This document shows positions 39,381 through 52,159 of a stretch of 64,000 nucleotides of DNA, one piece after another. The first letter of the stretch is position 1. Every line of letters begins with the position of its first letter. The translations under genes were made by a program, and so were the position numbers. Below the pieces are notes generated by a model that made no database searches, was not told the DNA's origin, and was given only the letters and a program-made list of their open reading frames with translations. This stretch comes from Leucoraja erinacea (Eukaryota), in contig NC_073390.1 of the NCBI RefSeq assembly GCF_028641065.1, forward strand, positions 32,550,001 through 32,614,000, written 5' to 3'.

Positions 39381-39879
39381 CTAGAAAAAAAAGGTAAATT
39401 CCCCTTAAAATTATAGCAATTTACAAAATTTACCACACAGTGTCAGCACTGAATTAACAGAGGCACAAACTGCTGCACCCGAGGAAAATAGTGACAGAAT
39501 ATAATAGTCAGACAGGGAACTGATGGCCAGAACAGTATCTCAGTTAATTAAGGACATTAACAACTCAACAAGCCAACATCTGGAAATGGAAATATATTTC
39601 AAATCTGTGACTGGTGTTGATAGGTATCAGTAACTTGGACATGGTGGGCCAAAGGGCCTATGCTGTGTGACTCTATTTTTCCTAACATCTTCCAGAATTG
39701 GGCACAATATTTCAGTTGTTACCAAACCAATCTTTTATAAAAGCTTACAATGCCTTCCCTGCTGTTGTACACTACATCTCTATTTAAAAAGCATGCAACT
39801 TCAGTTTTTTTTAACCACTTTCTTAGTGGCACAGATCAGGGTAATGGATATCATCTAATTGCTCAGAGAGCAAAAAAAA

Positions 39880-41410
39880 ACTGAAAATATTAATCAGACT
39901 TATTTATAGGTTACCAAATAGTAGTTGTGATTTTGGGCATGATGTAAATCAGGTAATTTAAAAAACACACAACAGAAGTAATAAAGTAACCATGGAGATA
40001 TCATAGATTGGACAAGTTAAATTAGAGGTAAAGGTGGAGAATGAAAGGGTCTTTAGGAAGTGTGACCATAATATTATTAAATTATTCAGTGTTAAATTAT
40101 ATCTAAATCAAAGGTATCAGGTGAACAAACTCACAGTGGTTGACTAGGAAAATACAATGAAAGGCATGACAAAAATAAGGTATGAAATCCAGAAAGAAAA
40201 ATTCTAAACTATTAGAATCATTAGGAAAAGTGGTCCATATGTGATAAATTAAAAATGTTATTAAATAGACTGTAAGAGCTGCTATAGGCATCAAAACACA
40301 AGGGTGTCATGAGTCGGTTCCAGATAGAGAATTTATAATCGAGAATAAGGAGATGACAACGGAATTATACAACTACATTGTGTCATCACAGAAAACCTAC
40401 CTAAAATACCAGAAAATCAAGGAAATGTGTATTAACAAATAATATTAAAGTCAACGGGACTAAAAGCTGATAAATCCCAAGGCCCAAATAATCTACATCC
40501 CTGAGGTTTTGAGAAAATGGCTATAGAAGTCATGAACACTTTGGATATGATCTTTCAAAATCCTAGATTCTGGAACTGTTTTCATGAAGTGGAAGATAGC
40601 AAATCTAGACCCACTATTTAAGAAGGGAGGAAGAGAAACATGGAACTACTGATATGTTAGTGTAACTTCAGTGGTGGGGAAGGTGGTGTTGTCTATCGAG
40701 AAGGATGCAACAACAGAACTCCTAGATTGAGTCAGCATGGATTTATGAAAGGAAAGTAATGCTTAACTAATCCGTTTCGAATACTTTGAGGGTGTAACTA
40801 AAAACAATTATAGAGGAGAACCATTAGATATGATGCAATAGTATTTTCAAAAGGTTTTCAATAAGATTCTACAGGAGGTTGGTCAGTAAGATTAAAGCAC
40901 ATAGATTTTGGGGTTGAGTCATACAGTACAGAAACAGGCCCTTCAGCTCACTGAGTCCATGTTGACATGCAAGCATTAATTTATGCTAATCATAATACTA
41001 CATCAATCCCACTTTATTTTCTGTATTTTCATTTCCCCCTAGTTTCTACAATTCACCCATGGACTAGATGAAATGTATATAATAATTAATTTACCAAACC
41101 ACACATCATTGGGATGCGGGAGGTAACTGGATTGGTCAGATAAAGCCCACATGGGCACAGAATCCGTTAAATGCATACAGCACTAGAGATCAGGATTGAT
41201 CACAGGTCACTGGTACTTTGAGGCAACAGGTCTATAAGCAGTGCCATGTGAGTTTTTGGCATACTGACATGGATTGAGAAGCAGTTATCAAACAAAAGCA
41301 ATGAATAAACAAATTATTCTAAGGTTGTCAGGCTGTGACTAGCAGGGTACGACATGATCAGTGATTGCCCCAACTATTTATTATCTATATCAATGATTTG
41401 ACTATGGTGA
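39880..41410 (+). mobile_element. Old CR1 ORF2 remnant interrupted by a V-SINE (about 40913-41247, -)
   Basis: Degenerate ADKSQGP, CAGCATGGATTTATGAAAGG and TTTCAAAAGG segments. Confidence 0.6.
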
Positions 41411-41600
41411 GGAGGGGGTTTGTTAGAGTTTACCAAAAATTGGAAAATTCAATGTTCATACTGTTAGGTTATACGCTATCCAAGTGGAATGAGGTGCTAT
41501 GTCTCCAGTTTGCATGTGGCCTCCCTCTGGCAATGGATGAGGCCCAGGACAGAGAGGTCAGTATGGGAATGGGAAGGGAAATTAAAATGGCCCAGTAGGC
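41411..41600 (-). mobile_element. Penelope GIY-YIG C-terminal fragment
   Basis: Reverse complement resembles the KLEEQHL...MNIEFSNF segment at 1590-1673. Confidence 0.55.
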
Positions 41601-42549
41601 CGAGTACGTGTTCAGCAAAACTTAGTTTGCTGATGATAGAAGGCTAGGTGGGATTGTACTTTGGTAGAATTAATATCCTCTCTAAGCACTGATGTTAAGT
41701 CCTCTGCCATCCAAAAGGCAATCCCCTCCCCTTCTTCTCTTAAGTGTACCTCTATCACAGCTGTGGCGTCTATACCTTGGACCATTTAGCTGTCAGTATT
41801 ACCCTTTTTTTCAGTCTTATTTCTGTTTTGACTGCCGCGTCCCTGTCACTTGAGCAAGTCCATGCCCAAACGTTGTTCTTCTTTACTGTTAAAGCTCTAA
41901 CTTTGAAATAAATGCAGTTTAAACCACCGGTCTTCCCTCTCTCTTAGCCATGCATGACAATCAGTACTAAATTTGCTCTCTTTAACTTCCTAGTTGCCTC
42001 TTTTATGCTCTTGAATCTAACTTCCTGCTAACCTCATTTAAATCATCCTTCATATAAGCAAATCTTCCTTCCAGGATATCAGTCCCCCTTCAGTTCAGGC
42101 ACAACCAATCTCTCTTGCAACAGGTCACTTCTTAACTGGAACAGGTCCCAATGATCCAGTAACCTGAATCCTTGCCCCCTACATCTGACTTAACGTTCTG
42201 TTACTGCACTTAATAGTATGTCATGTTTGGAGCAAACTAGAGATTACCACCTCTGAGATAATGCTTTTTAATCTCTTTTCAAACTCCCTATGTTCATTCT
42301 GCAGGGCTTCATTCTTTTTTCAATGTACTTTTTAAATTGTGTCCTTGAGTTTATATTGAACCTCCAATTCTTCATTCCAAAATAAAATAAAGAAGGGTCC
42401 CAACCTAAAAGAACGCCTGCCCATTTTCTCCAGAGATGCTGCCTGGCCTGCTAAATTACTCCAGCATTTTGTGTCAACATTAATTCCAAAGTGTTTGGGG
42501 AGGGCAGGAAGCAGCATAGAAAGGGGGCAAAACAAGACCCCGGACTAGG

Positions 42550-42933
42550 CTGGGACTCTTCCTTGGGGTGTAGGAGGATGAGGGTTGATCTTACAGAGAG
42601 GTGTATAAAATCATGAGAGGAATAGATGAGGTAGATGCACAGAGTCTCTTGCCTAGAGTAGGTAAATTGAGGACCAGAGGGCTTAGGTTTAAGATGAAAC
42701 GATTTAATAGGAATCTGAGGGGCAACTTTTTCATGCAAAGGGTGATGGGTATATGGAACAAGCTGCCAGAGGAGGTTGAGAACGTTTAAGAAACAAGCAC
42801 AGACAGGTACATGAATAGGATAGGTTTGGAGGGATATGGACCAAACGCAGACAGATTGAACTGGTGTAGCTGGGACATGTTGACCGGTGTGGGCAAGTTG
42901 AGCTGAAGGGCCCTTTCCCATGCTGTATCACTC
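42550..42933 (+). mobile_element. CR1 LINE 3' fragment
   Basis: VYKIMRGID...RTRG...NLRGNFF.QRV plus tail. Confidence 0.75.
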
Positions 42934-42936
42934 TAA

Positions 42937-43248
42937 AGGGCCTGTCTCACTTACGCGACCTTTACAGGGGACTGCCGGCACCCGTGATACGTCTCCGAGA
43001 TTTTCAACATGTTGAAAATTCAGCAGCGACCAGAAAGACGCTACGACTCTTTGGAGACCTCTCACGACCATACAGGCGACCTCTCACGACCATGCTGTAT
43101 GGTCATGAGTGAGTCCTATGTCCTCAGTCGCCCAAAGACTCGTAGTGTCTTTCTGGTCGCTGCTGAATTTTCAACATATTAAAAATTTCGGCGACCTATC
43201 ACGGATACGGAAGTCCCCTGTAGAGGTCGCGCAAGTGAGACAGGCCCT
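42937..43248. mobile_element. PIF/Harbinger-type palindromic MITE in PARL intron 1
   Basis: TIRs AGGGCCTGTCTCACTT / AAGTGAGACAGGCCCT; TAA TSD at 42934-42936 and 43249-43251. Confidence 0.85.
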
Positions 43249-43609
43249 TAAGACGCAAAATACAGGGTAGGATGTGGAGAGATAAAGGCATAGGGGGGGG
43301 ATAACCAGGGAAGAGAGGCAGTCTGGGGGAGGGGACAGTTGACGGCTTTGGTTGGGACCACAGTGGACCGAGGTGTTGGTGCACAGGGGGAGGGTGGAAG
43401 ATACAGCAAGCCTAATGGATGGGGGAAGAAGGTGCTGGGAGTGGGAGAGGGGCTGGGCGTGACACTGGCAGGGGGAGATAAGTTGGGGGGGGGGGACAAC
43501 AAATTGAGCACAGGATCATGGAGGGCGCTTGCCGATCCAACGTCAGTTGTACTTGTCTCTGTCACCCGCACTCCAATCGGTGCCTGGACTTCCCGCGCTG
43601 CGCTCCTAC

Positions 43610-43677
43610 CTGCTGCCCCGAGCGCTCCCCGTCCAGAGGAGCCGGGAAACAGCCGCCGCACAGCACACGGACGCCAT
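43610..43677 (-). CDS. PARL: PARL exon 1 (mitochondrial presequence)
   Basis: agcATGg Kozak context; MASVCCAAAVSRLLWTGSARGS(R); donor AG|GTAGGA in phase 2, matching exon 2; lies in a CpG-rich region. The spliced CDS is 1113 nt, or 370 aa. An alternative in-frame ATG is at 43686. Confidence 0.8.
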
Positions 43678-43689
43678 GCTTGTCATCCC

Positions 43690-43745
43690 TCACTTCCGGC
43701 GCGCCAACCGACTTCCGGCAAGAAGTGTTTTGGACGCCATGTTGG
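43690..43745 (-). promoter_or_regulatory. PARL promoter / 5' region: tandem ETS (GABP-type) sites and a YY1 motif
   Basis: CCGGAAGT at 43692-43699 and 43711-43718, and AACATGGCG at 43735-43743 (minus strand), in a CpG-rich region; typical of nuclear-encoded mitochondrial gene promoters. Confidence 0.7.
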
Positions 43746-43840
43746 TAAAGGCGGTGGATTGAGGGAGACGGCGTTTGAATGGGAAGATGGAGAGGGGGCG
43801 AAAGAGGAGAGAGTAAGGTGAGGAGGGGGGAAAGGGTAGT

Positions 43841-43917
43841 GGTGCAAGGTGCGGAGGGTGCAAGGTGCGGAGGGTGCAAGGTGCGGAGGGTGCAAAAGGT
43901 GTGGAGGGTGCGAGGTG
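43841..43917 (+). repeat. 16-bp tandem repeat (GGTGCAAGGTGCGGAG), about 4.5 copies
   Basis: Directly visible; part of a G-rich tract upstream of PARL. Confidence 0.85.
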
Positions 43918-44227
43918 GGGATGTGGTAAAGGGGGAGGTGGCAGGAGATTGGGAAGAGAGAAAGGTAAGATGGGGAGAGATGTTAGGAAGGATAAGGGGT
44001 AAGGACGTGAGGGTGGGAGCTAGTTCAGGTGAGAATGGGAAGGAGAGTTTAGATTAGGGTGGAGGGAGAAGTGGAAGCGTGGAATCGCGAGGAGTGCATA
44101 GGGCACAAGAAAAGAGCAGCAAAAGGCCAGGGAATATGTGAGTTGGTGAGATACAGTGTGGAAACGCCCTTTGGCCTACCGTGTCTGCTTCAACCAGTAA
44201 TTACCCCCAACATGAGTTCTATCTTAT

Positions 44228-46420
44228 AGGGTGATTTCACGAAAGGTCACTGGAGCGTAGATCCGCACCCACGTGACCGAAAATCTCAAGTGGAGGACAT
44301 GCTAGACATCCGGTACATGTTAGTGGATGGGAAAACATGCACTTTCCCACCCGTTAAAAACATAGAAAACGGCCAGGTTTTGATCTGCAATTTATTGTGC
44401 CAGTCGGGGTGACCGTGAAGCACAGCTACCTAGATTTACAGTCAAAAAAAAAGATAGAAACTAAGGTAAATTAAAGAGGGAGCTGAAGGTGCCAATCCAG
44501 CGGAAGTGAACAGCGGACATTTGCCGTGGAGATTTAAAGGTCCAAAATATCGGGAATTATCGCGTTTGCTCGCTGAATTTCATCAAAAGTAAGTCAATAA
44601 TGCCTTAGATTGGACCATTAAAAATTAAAATTATTTTGTTCTTCTTTGGAACATAAAAACATTCATATTCCATTATTGTTTGACGGACAATTAAAATGGA
44701 TTTTACGTGATTTTTTTTTACCCAATCGTGTGTTTGGGCAAAGTTCAACTTAATGTTGTTATAGAACAATACAGCACAGGAATGGGCTCTTTGGCTCACA
44801 ATGTCTGTGCCAAACATGACAAGATAAACTAATCTTGTCTATCTGCATGTGGTCCTCATCCCACCATTCTCTGAATATTTATGTGCCTGTCTAAAAGCCT
44901 CTTAAATGCAACTATCATACCTGCGTCCACCACCATTCCCAGGAGAGCATTCCAGTTATCTATCACCACCAGCCCTGCACGTCACATTTAAACGTTGCCA
45001 TCTCACTTAAAGGCTGTGCTATCTAGCCTTTAACATTTCCACTCTGGGGAAAAAGGTTCAGACTGCATATCAGATCTACGGCTTTCATAACTTAAGATAC
45101 TTCTTTTAGGCCTCTCCTAAGCCCCCGGTGCTTCAGTGAAACCATTCCAAGTCTGTCCAACCTCTCCTTGTAGCCAATTCTCGTGAATCCTGGCACCATT
45201 CTGTAGCAATGTTACAAAATTTTGAGGTTTAAAAATCAAGTCTGCAATTTATCCCATCAGATAAAGCATAAAACGAAGTTATTTGATTTGACATCTAATT
45301 CACTTTCATATCTTCAGCATTAAAAAAGTTATGGCTATTTGCATAATCTGAAATTAGCATCTTGTTCCCTATTGCTTTTCCATTGACTTAACTCAAAAGC
45401 TGTGATCGAGGACAGTCAAAAGCCCATAACTTTCTTAAAAATTAAGAACTGAATGAAATTTTCAGTTATTATAGATTGAAGCATTCTGAAACAAATATGA
45501 AACAATAACCTTATAACCATATAACAATTTCAGCATGGAAACAGGCCATCTCGGCTCTTCTAGTCCGTGCCGAACTCTTATTCTCACCTAGTCCCATCTA
45601 CCTGCACTCAGACCATAACCCTCCATTCCTTTCCCGCCCATATACCTATCCAATTTATTTTTAAATGATAAAATCGAACCTGCCTCCACCACTTCCACTG
45701 GAAGCTCATTCCACACAGCTACCACTCTCTGAGTAAAGAAGTTCCCCCTCATGTTACCCCTAAACGTCTATCCCTTAATTCTCAAATCATGTCCTCTTGT
45801 TTGAATCTTCCCATGGATGACCTGAAATTAAAGCATATAATTAGTTAGCTACCTAATTGTAGCTAATTACAAAATTACTAGATCTAAACATCTATCCATT
45901 TCTTAAGAAAAGGTTCACATTTTTAAATAGCCTAAGTGTTCAAATAACATTAACACAAGAATTCACAATATAAGAGGATTTTTAAAATCTCATTGTTATG
46001 AATTTATAGGCCAAATGGAAGGAATTTAGTATTTAATTCCCATAAATTAATGGGCATTTAAACCATCTTGTGAGTGAGATTTTGTGTAACGCGATCGTTT
46101 GGAACGTTGCATTTGTGGTGAATTTAAACCCCATATCAGCAGGAAAAACACTGCCGGTTCGTATGGGGCCTAAATCGCCTTTTCGCAACGTAAAATTTGG
46201 ATTAAAGTAATCCTAAGAAGCACGTTTATATGTAAAATAAACCGCTTACCTTTATCTGTCCCGTACGTGAGATCCATCCCTTTGTCGGCGTTGACGGCGT
46301 TAGAAGTCGATTTTTATTTTACTCCAGCAATTAAATTATCCTGTGATGTTTTTTAAAAAACTTGATAAAACGGATGTCGGAGCGATTTCTCTGCAGCAGC
46401 TAAACCGCCTGACAAAGATC
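44228..46420. mobile_element. Probable DNA-transposon remnant with nested CR1 3' fragments (about 44760-45200 and 45507-45812, both -)
   Basis: CpG-rich ends starting AGGGTGATTTCAC and an AT-rich interior interrupted by CR1 tails. No matching right TIR was found, so the class is uncertain. Confidence 0.35.
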
Positions 46421-46865
46421 ATAGAAACATAGAAACATAGAAATTAGGTGCAGGAGTAGGCCATTCGGCCCTTCGAGCCTGCACCGCCATTCAATATGAT
46501 CATGGCTGATCATCCAACTCAGTATCCTGTACCTGCCTTCTCTCCATACCCCCTGATCCCCTTAGCCACAAGGGCCACATCTAACTCCCTCTTAAATATA
46601 GCCAATGAACTGGCCTCAACTACCCTCTGTGGCAGAGAGTTCCAGAGATTCACCACTCTCTGTGTGAAAAAAGTTCTTATCTCGGTTTTAAAGGATTTCC
46701 CCCTTATCCTTAAGCTGTGACCCCTTGTCCTGGACTTCCCTAACATCGGGAACAATCTTCCTGCATCTAGCCTGTCCAACCCCTTAAGAATTTTGTAAGT
46801 TTCTATAAGATCCCCTCTCAATCTCCTAAATTCTAGAGAGTATAAACCAAGTCTATCCAGTCTTT
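46421..46865 (-). mobile_element. Young CR1 LINE 3' end
   Basis: LRGDLIETYKILKG...NLWNSLP with a (CATAGAAA)n tail; near-identical to 7199-7826. Confidence 0.9.
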
Positions 46866-46975
46866 TATTGTACTAGATTGATAAACATTGATGTAATGGC
46901 AACTGTGGTTTACTGCTATTTTGAGAGATGCGTTTTGTCGCTGTTATTCATTTAGACGTTTATTTAATTGTAACC

Positions 46976-47029
46976 TATTCACTGGCATTGGTCAAATAAA
47001 ATATGTGTCCAGTGATGTGTCAAATCAAA
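46976..47029 (+). promoter_or_regulatory. Paralog-conserved upstream module of GPR148-like A
   Basis: TATTCAC, ATTGG (reverse CCAAT) and GTGTCAAATCAAA, with the same spacing as 56652-56705. Confidence 0.65.
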
Positions 47030-47574
47030 CAATGACTGTCAAATCACCAACCTACTTCCTGACAAAATAATTTACAGCCTGTCTCTGCTTGGCTGTGAGC
47101 AACAGGTATTGGTGCTGCGCTGATGATCTTGAGGACACTAAGCCAATTTCACATGAAGATTATTTTTGAGAATATTTTTAATGAGATGAAGATAACTCGT
47201 CAAAATGCTAGCTATGTCCGCATCGTATAGTTTTCAGTTTCTACAATATTTAGTTCTGTGTACGTTAAAATCCAGGAGAACAATCCAGTATATCGACACT
47301 GGCTTTGAGCTGCATATGAAAACTGAGTGAATAACTTCCTTTTTCATTTGAAGAGAAGGATTTTTCTTCTTTACATTTCAAGAATACATAGGTTGCGTCC
47401 AAATGTGGCTATTATTGGCAATAAGCCTGAGGAGACTTTAGTCATAATGAGCAAATCAAGTTGAAGGGCTCTCTTTGCTGTACTGGATGCAAGCAAAGAC
47501 AGATTTATGGTCATGCGTTCAATCAAAGCGGTACGTAATGAATTTATCTAAATGTGAACATTGTGCCAGCTACA

Positions 47575-48597
47575 ATGCAATTTCTTCCAGGTGAAGAACT
47601 TGTTACTGTGCAATTCTCTGCAAATCTTTCACATTCTGTGGAACTTCATTTTCAACACAAAATCATCCAGGCATGGGTAAATGCTTTGGGACAGACCAAA
47701 ACAAATATTTTGATGGTTCCTCTGATGATTTGTCTATTGGCTTCACTTCTGGCCACTCCTGTAGTCCTGATGGCCATATTTTCAAACAACAGCCTTCGCC
47801 AGGAGACCAGGTACCTTCTGCTTGCCAACACTCTGGTCAATGATTTGATTTATTCAGTACTGAACACGTTCATTGACATCCTTAATGCTGCAGGCGTGGG
47901 AATGCCTCGAGTTGTTTGTGAAACGCTATTGTATGTGCTAACAGTGGCTTATTGTAATGGAATCCTGACAGTCACTGCTATGGTGGTGGACACATATGTG
48001 GCTGTTGGTTGGCCGCTTCATTATCCCTCACTTTTATCACAATCCAGGACCCTGAAAGTAATTCTTTGTATTTGGATTGTCTCTGCCGTAGCTCCATCCG
48101 TCATCTATTTCTTGACACTGGCAACTCAACAGAATCCGTTATCGACATTATCGATTTGTATTTTACCCATAATATTCCTGTTCTCTGTCCTTCGATTACC
48201 TTTGTTAAAAATTTACTACAGTTTTACAGTAATTTACTTTCTAATATGTTTAGTACTGATCTCCACTAGCTACATCATGTTGTACTATAAAACTAAGACA
48301 TCAGGAATATGGTCTGGCAACTCCAGGGCACGGCAGACCTTTGTTATTCATTCAATGCTCCTATTCTTTTATTTATTTCCCTTGCTTGTGTTGGTGGCAG
48401 GGGGCGCACTCCAAGAACTGGACCTGATTTCCTATGCGACAGGACTCTGGATCAATATGTCAATGGCAAATATGCTTATGATGTTACCCAAAGCGGTTTC
48501 CCCATATGTTTATGCACTGAGGTACAGAGAAGTCACAAAGACAATACAATCATTATCTTTGCTAAGGCACATTAGGCGTGTAAATCCCACTGAATAG
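47575..48597 (+). CDS. GPR148: GPR148-like orphan 7TM receptor, copy A (intronless; N-terminus frameshifted relative to copy B)
   Basis: Seven hydrophobic segments; LRQETRYLLLAN, DTYVAV.WPLHY, KTSGIW..NSRARQT..IHS, MMLPKAVSPYVYALRYRE match GPR148 signature blocks as recalled. First in-frame ATG is 47575 (the ORF track start at 47554 is GTG). Orthology versus paralogy is not established. Confidence 0.85.
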   Translation: MQFLPGEELVTVQFSANLSHSVELHFQHKIIQAWVNALGQTKTNILMVPLMICLLASLLATPVVLMAIFSNNSLRQETRYLLLANTLVNDLIYSVLNTFIDILNAAGVGMPRVVCETLLYVLTVAYCNGILTVTAMVVDTYVAVGWPLHYPSLLSQSRTLKVILCIWIVSAVAPSVIYFLTLATQQNPLSTLSICILPIIFLFSVLRLPLLKIYYSFTVIYFLICLVLISTSYIMLYYKTKTSGIWSGNSRARQTFVIHSMLLFFYLFPLLVLVAGGALQELDLISYATGLWINMSMANMLMMLPKAVSPYVYALRYREVTKTIQSLSLLRHIRRVNPTE

Positions 48598-49369
48598 CTG
48601 GTTAGAATTGGCAAATCCACTGATATTTAATTCACTCAAGCAAAGCTTTCAAATATTACACTAACTACCAAATAAAATTGTCAAAGGACTGTATTTGGGA
48701 TTCTGAAGTCATTATCATTGGCTTGACAAAGGTGATAAGCCTCTGAGTGGGTCATGAACAGATCAGGATTCTCTATAATTTGTTTGTTAGCTCCTTTGCC
48801 ACCCAATAATGTCTTTACTTTCCTGTCCTGCACGTTAGTTTATGCAGTATTGAATTATGAACCAATTACCAGCAAAGCTATCTGTTCTATCTGTTTTACT
48901 TGCACCCTGGTCATTGTTAAATCTGAAAATCCAAGTGGTATTGTAGTGGATAATTGACAGAAAAAGGGGTGAATCTATCCAGCATGTGGATTGCTCAGAA
49001 ATATTTGCAGAAAGATTTCTTTATTTTGTCTATTCTTATGTAATAAATTGATTGGCAAGAATAAAGTACAATTGCCAGAACTTTTAAAGATGGAGATTAT
49101 AAGATAATTTGTGGCTTAACAAGTCTTGAAGATTGTCATTTAATTGCAAGTACTCTTCGATGGAAACCAGCTCAGATACCACCACTGTGAAGATGGATTC
49201 ATTTGAGACCGAGTGCAAGTAAAACAGATGCCTTTACTGGAAAGAGGTTCATAACTCAGCATTGCTGAAAATTGTGGGTATATCAGGAAAATAATTAATG
49301 TAAGCACAAGGTCTCTTAAACATTAATGTTGTTAATCTCTCTTACTCAAATGGATACACTTATCCATAT

Positions 49370-50080
49370 CTTCTCTCACATATGCATGTCTCTCTTGCAT
49401 ATATATCACAGCTCTGTCGCATATATCTGCTCTCACTCACCCATACACATCTTGCTCTAACACTTGCACATCTTTTTCTCACATACATCACCGTACTCCC
49501 ACACATGCTTATCCTTCTCACACAAATATATCTCTCTCACACTAACATCTCTCTCCTATTTACACTTGCTCCTCTCTCCCATCCACACTTGCACCTCTCG
49601 CTCACCTTGCTGTCATCTCTCTCTCGCTCTCCCTCTTCTTTCTCTCTCTCACACAATCATAGTAAAATAGTAGGGACTCTGCATAACTATAACAAAACCT
49701 CCCTTATTTTTAAACTACACACCCTTCATGATAAAACGCAGTATATTGTTTGCCTTTTTAATTATTTGTTGGACCTGCCTGCTATCTTTTTATGTTTCAT
49801 CCACTAAAACACTTAGACCTCTATGTACATTTACAGTGCCTATCCATTTAGATACTAATCTACCTTTTGTTTCCTTTTACCGAAGTGGAAATTGAATCCC
49901 TTCACTCAACCCTACATATCTCTCATATTTACACCCAGCTTGCTTTCACTAACAGTTACACACCTCTTACCTATACATTTCTCTCACTCACACAAATACA
50001 TCTCTCACACATAAACACCCCTTTCTCATTTACACATAGACATTACTCTATCACACACATGCTCCACACAACACACACAC
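49370..50080. repeat. Degenerate (CA/CT)n low-complexity region
   Basis: Decayed microsatellite-like sequence. Confidence 0.7.
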
Positions 50081-51042
50081 TTAAGCAATTGATGCATTAG
50101 ATTTCATTTTAAAGCTTTGAGCCTATGTAAGGAACTGCTATTAAATTGGTTTGGCCAAATTATGTTCATATTCTTCAGTAATTACAGTATGTTAATAGTC
50201 TTCAAATGTTGATGCTGATTTATGGCAATGATCCAAATTGCCTGTGTAATATTTGCTACTTATTTTGCTGTCAGAATGTCTGGCAATGATTTGCAACTGT
50301 ATGGCTAAATAATTCTCATTACATTCAATTATGTCTATTACCTTTGTTGCAACCAAATATACATGACTTATTTGTGACCAATAAATCATTTTCATGCACA
50401 ACGGGTAGATGGTCTCTTCATTAATGATTTTGCAAGAAATACTTATTTAGCTCTTCAGCAATTTGATGACGGTAAAGAAGTAATACTGTATTAAATCCAT
50501 TGTAATTTAAGTTGTTAAATGCACCAATTATTAATTAAACATAATAAACATGAATAACCTTGCATAAAGGATCCTTGATATTTGAGAGTGGTAATGTGAT
50601 GCAGTTTATTACTAAAAAAATAATTTATCAACAATTTTTTTTGTAAGGTTGTTATCCACCATCTCTGAATATCATGTTTAAGCAACTGAAATATTTGAGT
50701 ATAATAGTCTAATAAAGTTTTATTTCAAGTAATGAGGATACTGAGAGGAGGAAGGGCATCAATGGATGTTACGAGAAAGAAAGAGCTAATATGATAATCA
50801 CGGTAAATGATAATCACGGAAAGGTTACAGTATGGAAAGAGGCCATTCAAGTCCATGTCGGTTGTGTGCAAGAGTAGGCCAGCGAGGCCCAATCCCTCAC
50901 ATTCTCCCCAGTGCTTTGCAAATGCTTTCCTTTCAAGAATGGAAACTGTTTCTTTTGATTGCCAAATTTAATTTAATTTCAGCTGCCTCACCCTGTGAAG
51001 TCAATTAGCTTGAGAGAAAAAAACAAAATAAAGAAATGCTTG

Positions 51043-51393
51043 AAGGGAGCCGCGCGGAGGTCGAGTGAGTGACGTGAAGTTCAAGCGAAGTCCACGGGAA
51101 GTTCGCGCGTGACGTACGGCGTCAAGACGCTGCGTACAGTGTCGAGACGCTGCGCACGCCCATCGAGGTGGTGCATACGGCGTCGAGGCGGCTGCGGGCC
51201 GGCAGGCCGTTGCCGCGCGGAATTTTTGAACACGGTCAGTTTTTCGGAGCCCCGCGCGGTCAGGACCAGCTCCGCACAACTCCATACGGCTCCAGCGATC
51301 GAAGTGGGACCGGCCCCGCGAGGCCGTACGGCTCAAGCGACCACGTTAGGTTGCGCTTGCCGCATGGAGTCACATGCTCGTGGGACAGGCCCT
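51043..51393. mobile_element. Harbinger-type MITE, left end missing
   Basis: Homologous to the right half of 32234-32763; ends GTGGGACAGGCCCT followed by TAA. Confidence 0.75.
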
Positions 51394-51699
51394 TAAGTTA
51401 TTTGCGGTAGATGGTTTTCTACCTATCCACTGAGTTCAACTTGAACCTGTCAAGGTGAATGAAAACTAGTCGAGGCTCTCAGATCACCACAACCCAGAAC
51501 TCTTCGACAAAGTTTATTATAATCTATTGAAAGCAATCAAACATGCATACAAAATAATATATACCAACACTATAAATAAAAGACGAGAGATATTCTTTGA
51601 AATTACAAAAGGATTAAAAAAAATTGCAACGTAATATTATAATCTCCGCATTCTATACTTTACATAGGTTTCACACAATTTAGCATATTTATATCAAAA

Positions 51700-52094
51700 C
51701 AAAAATTGCTGGAGTAACTCAACAGGTCAGGCAGTATATGTGGAGGGAATGGATAGGCAAAATTTTAGGCCGCTACCCTTCATCAGACTTCAGACACAAA
51801 ATGGAAGAACAGCATCACATATTCTGTTTGGGTATCCTATATCCCAAAAGTACGTGCACTGAATTCTCAAATTTTATGTAATACCCTCTAACCCTCTCTC
51901 TCTTTCCTGTGCCCACCACCCCAGTGCACACCCAATTCTCCCACTGCCCGGCCCTCCTCCCATCCCCTTCTACCCACATCCCTCCCTCTGGCTTTACATT
52001 TTACTTATCTTCTCTCCTTATTTAACACTCTTTTATCTAATTTTCATCTCTAGCCTTTGTCACTTACTCCACCCATCTGCTTATCAACACCAAC

Positions 52095-52159
<65 letters not shown>

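Noticed and set aside
52096-52159. Very long poly-C run
   Set aside because: Homopolymer length is unreliable in assemblies, and it lies in the C-rich tract of a Penelope fragment.
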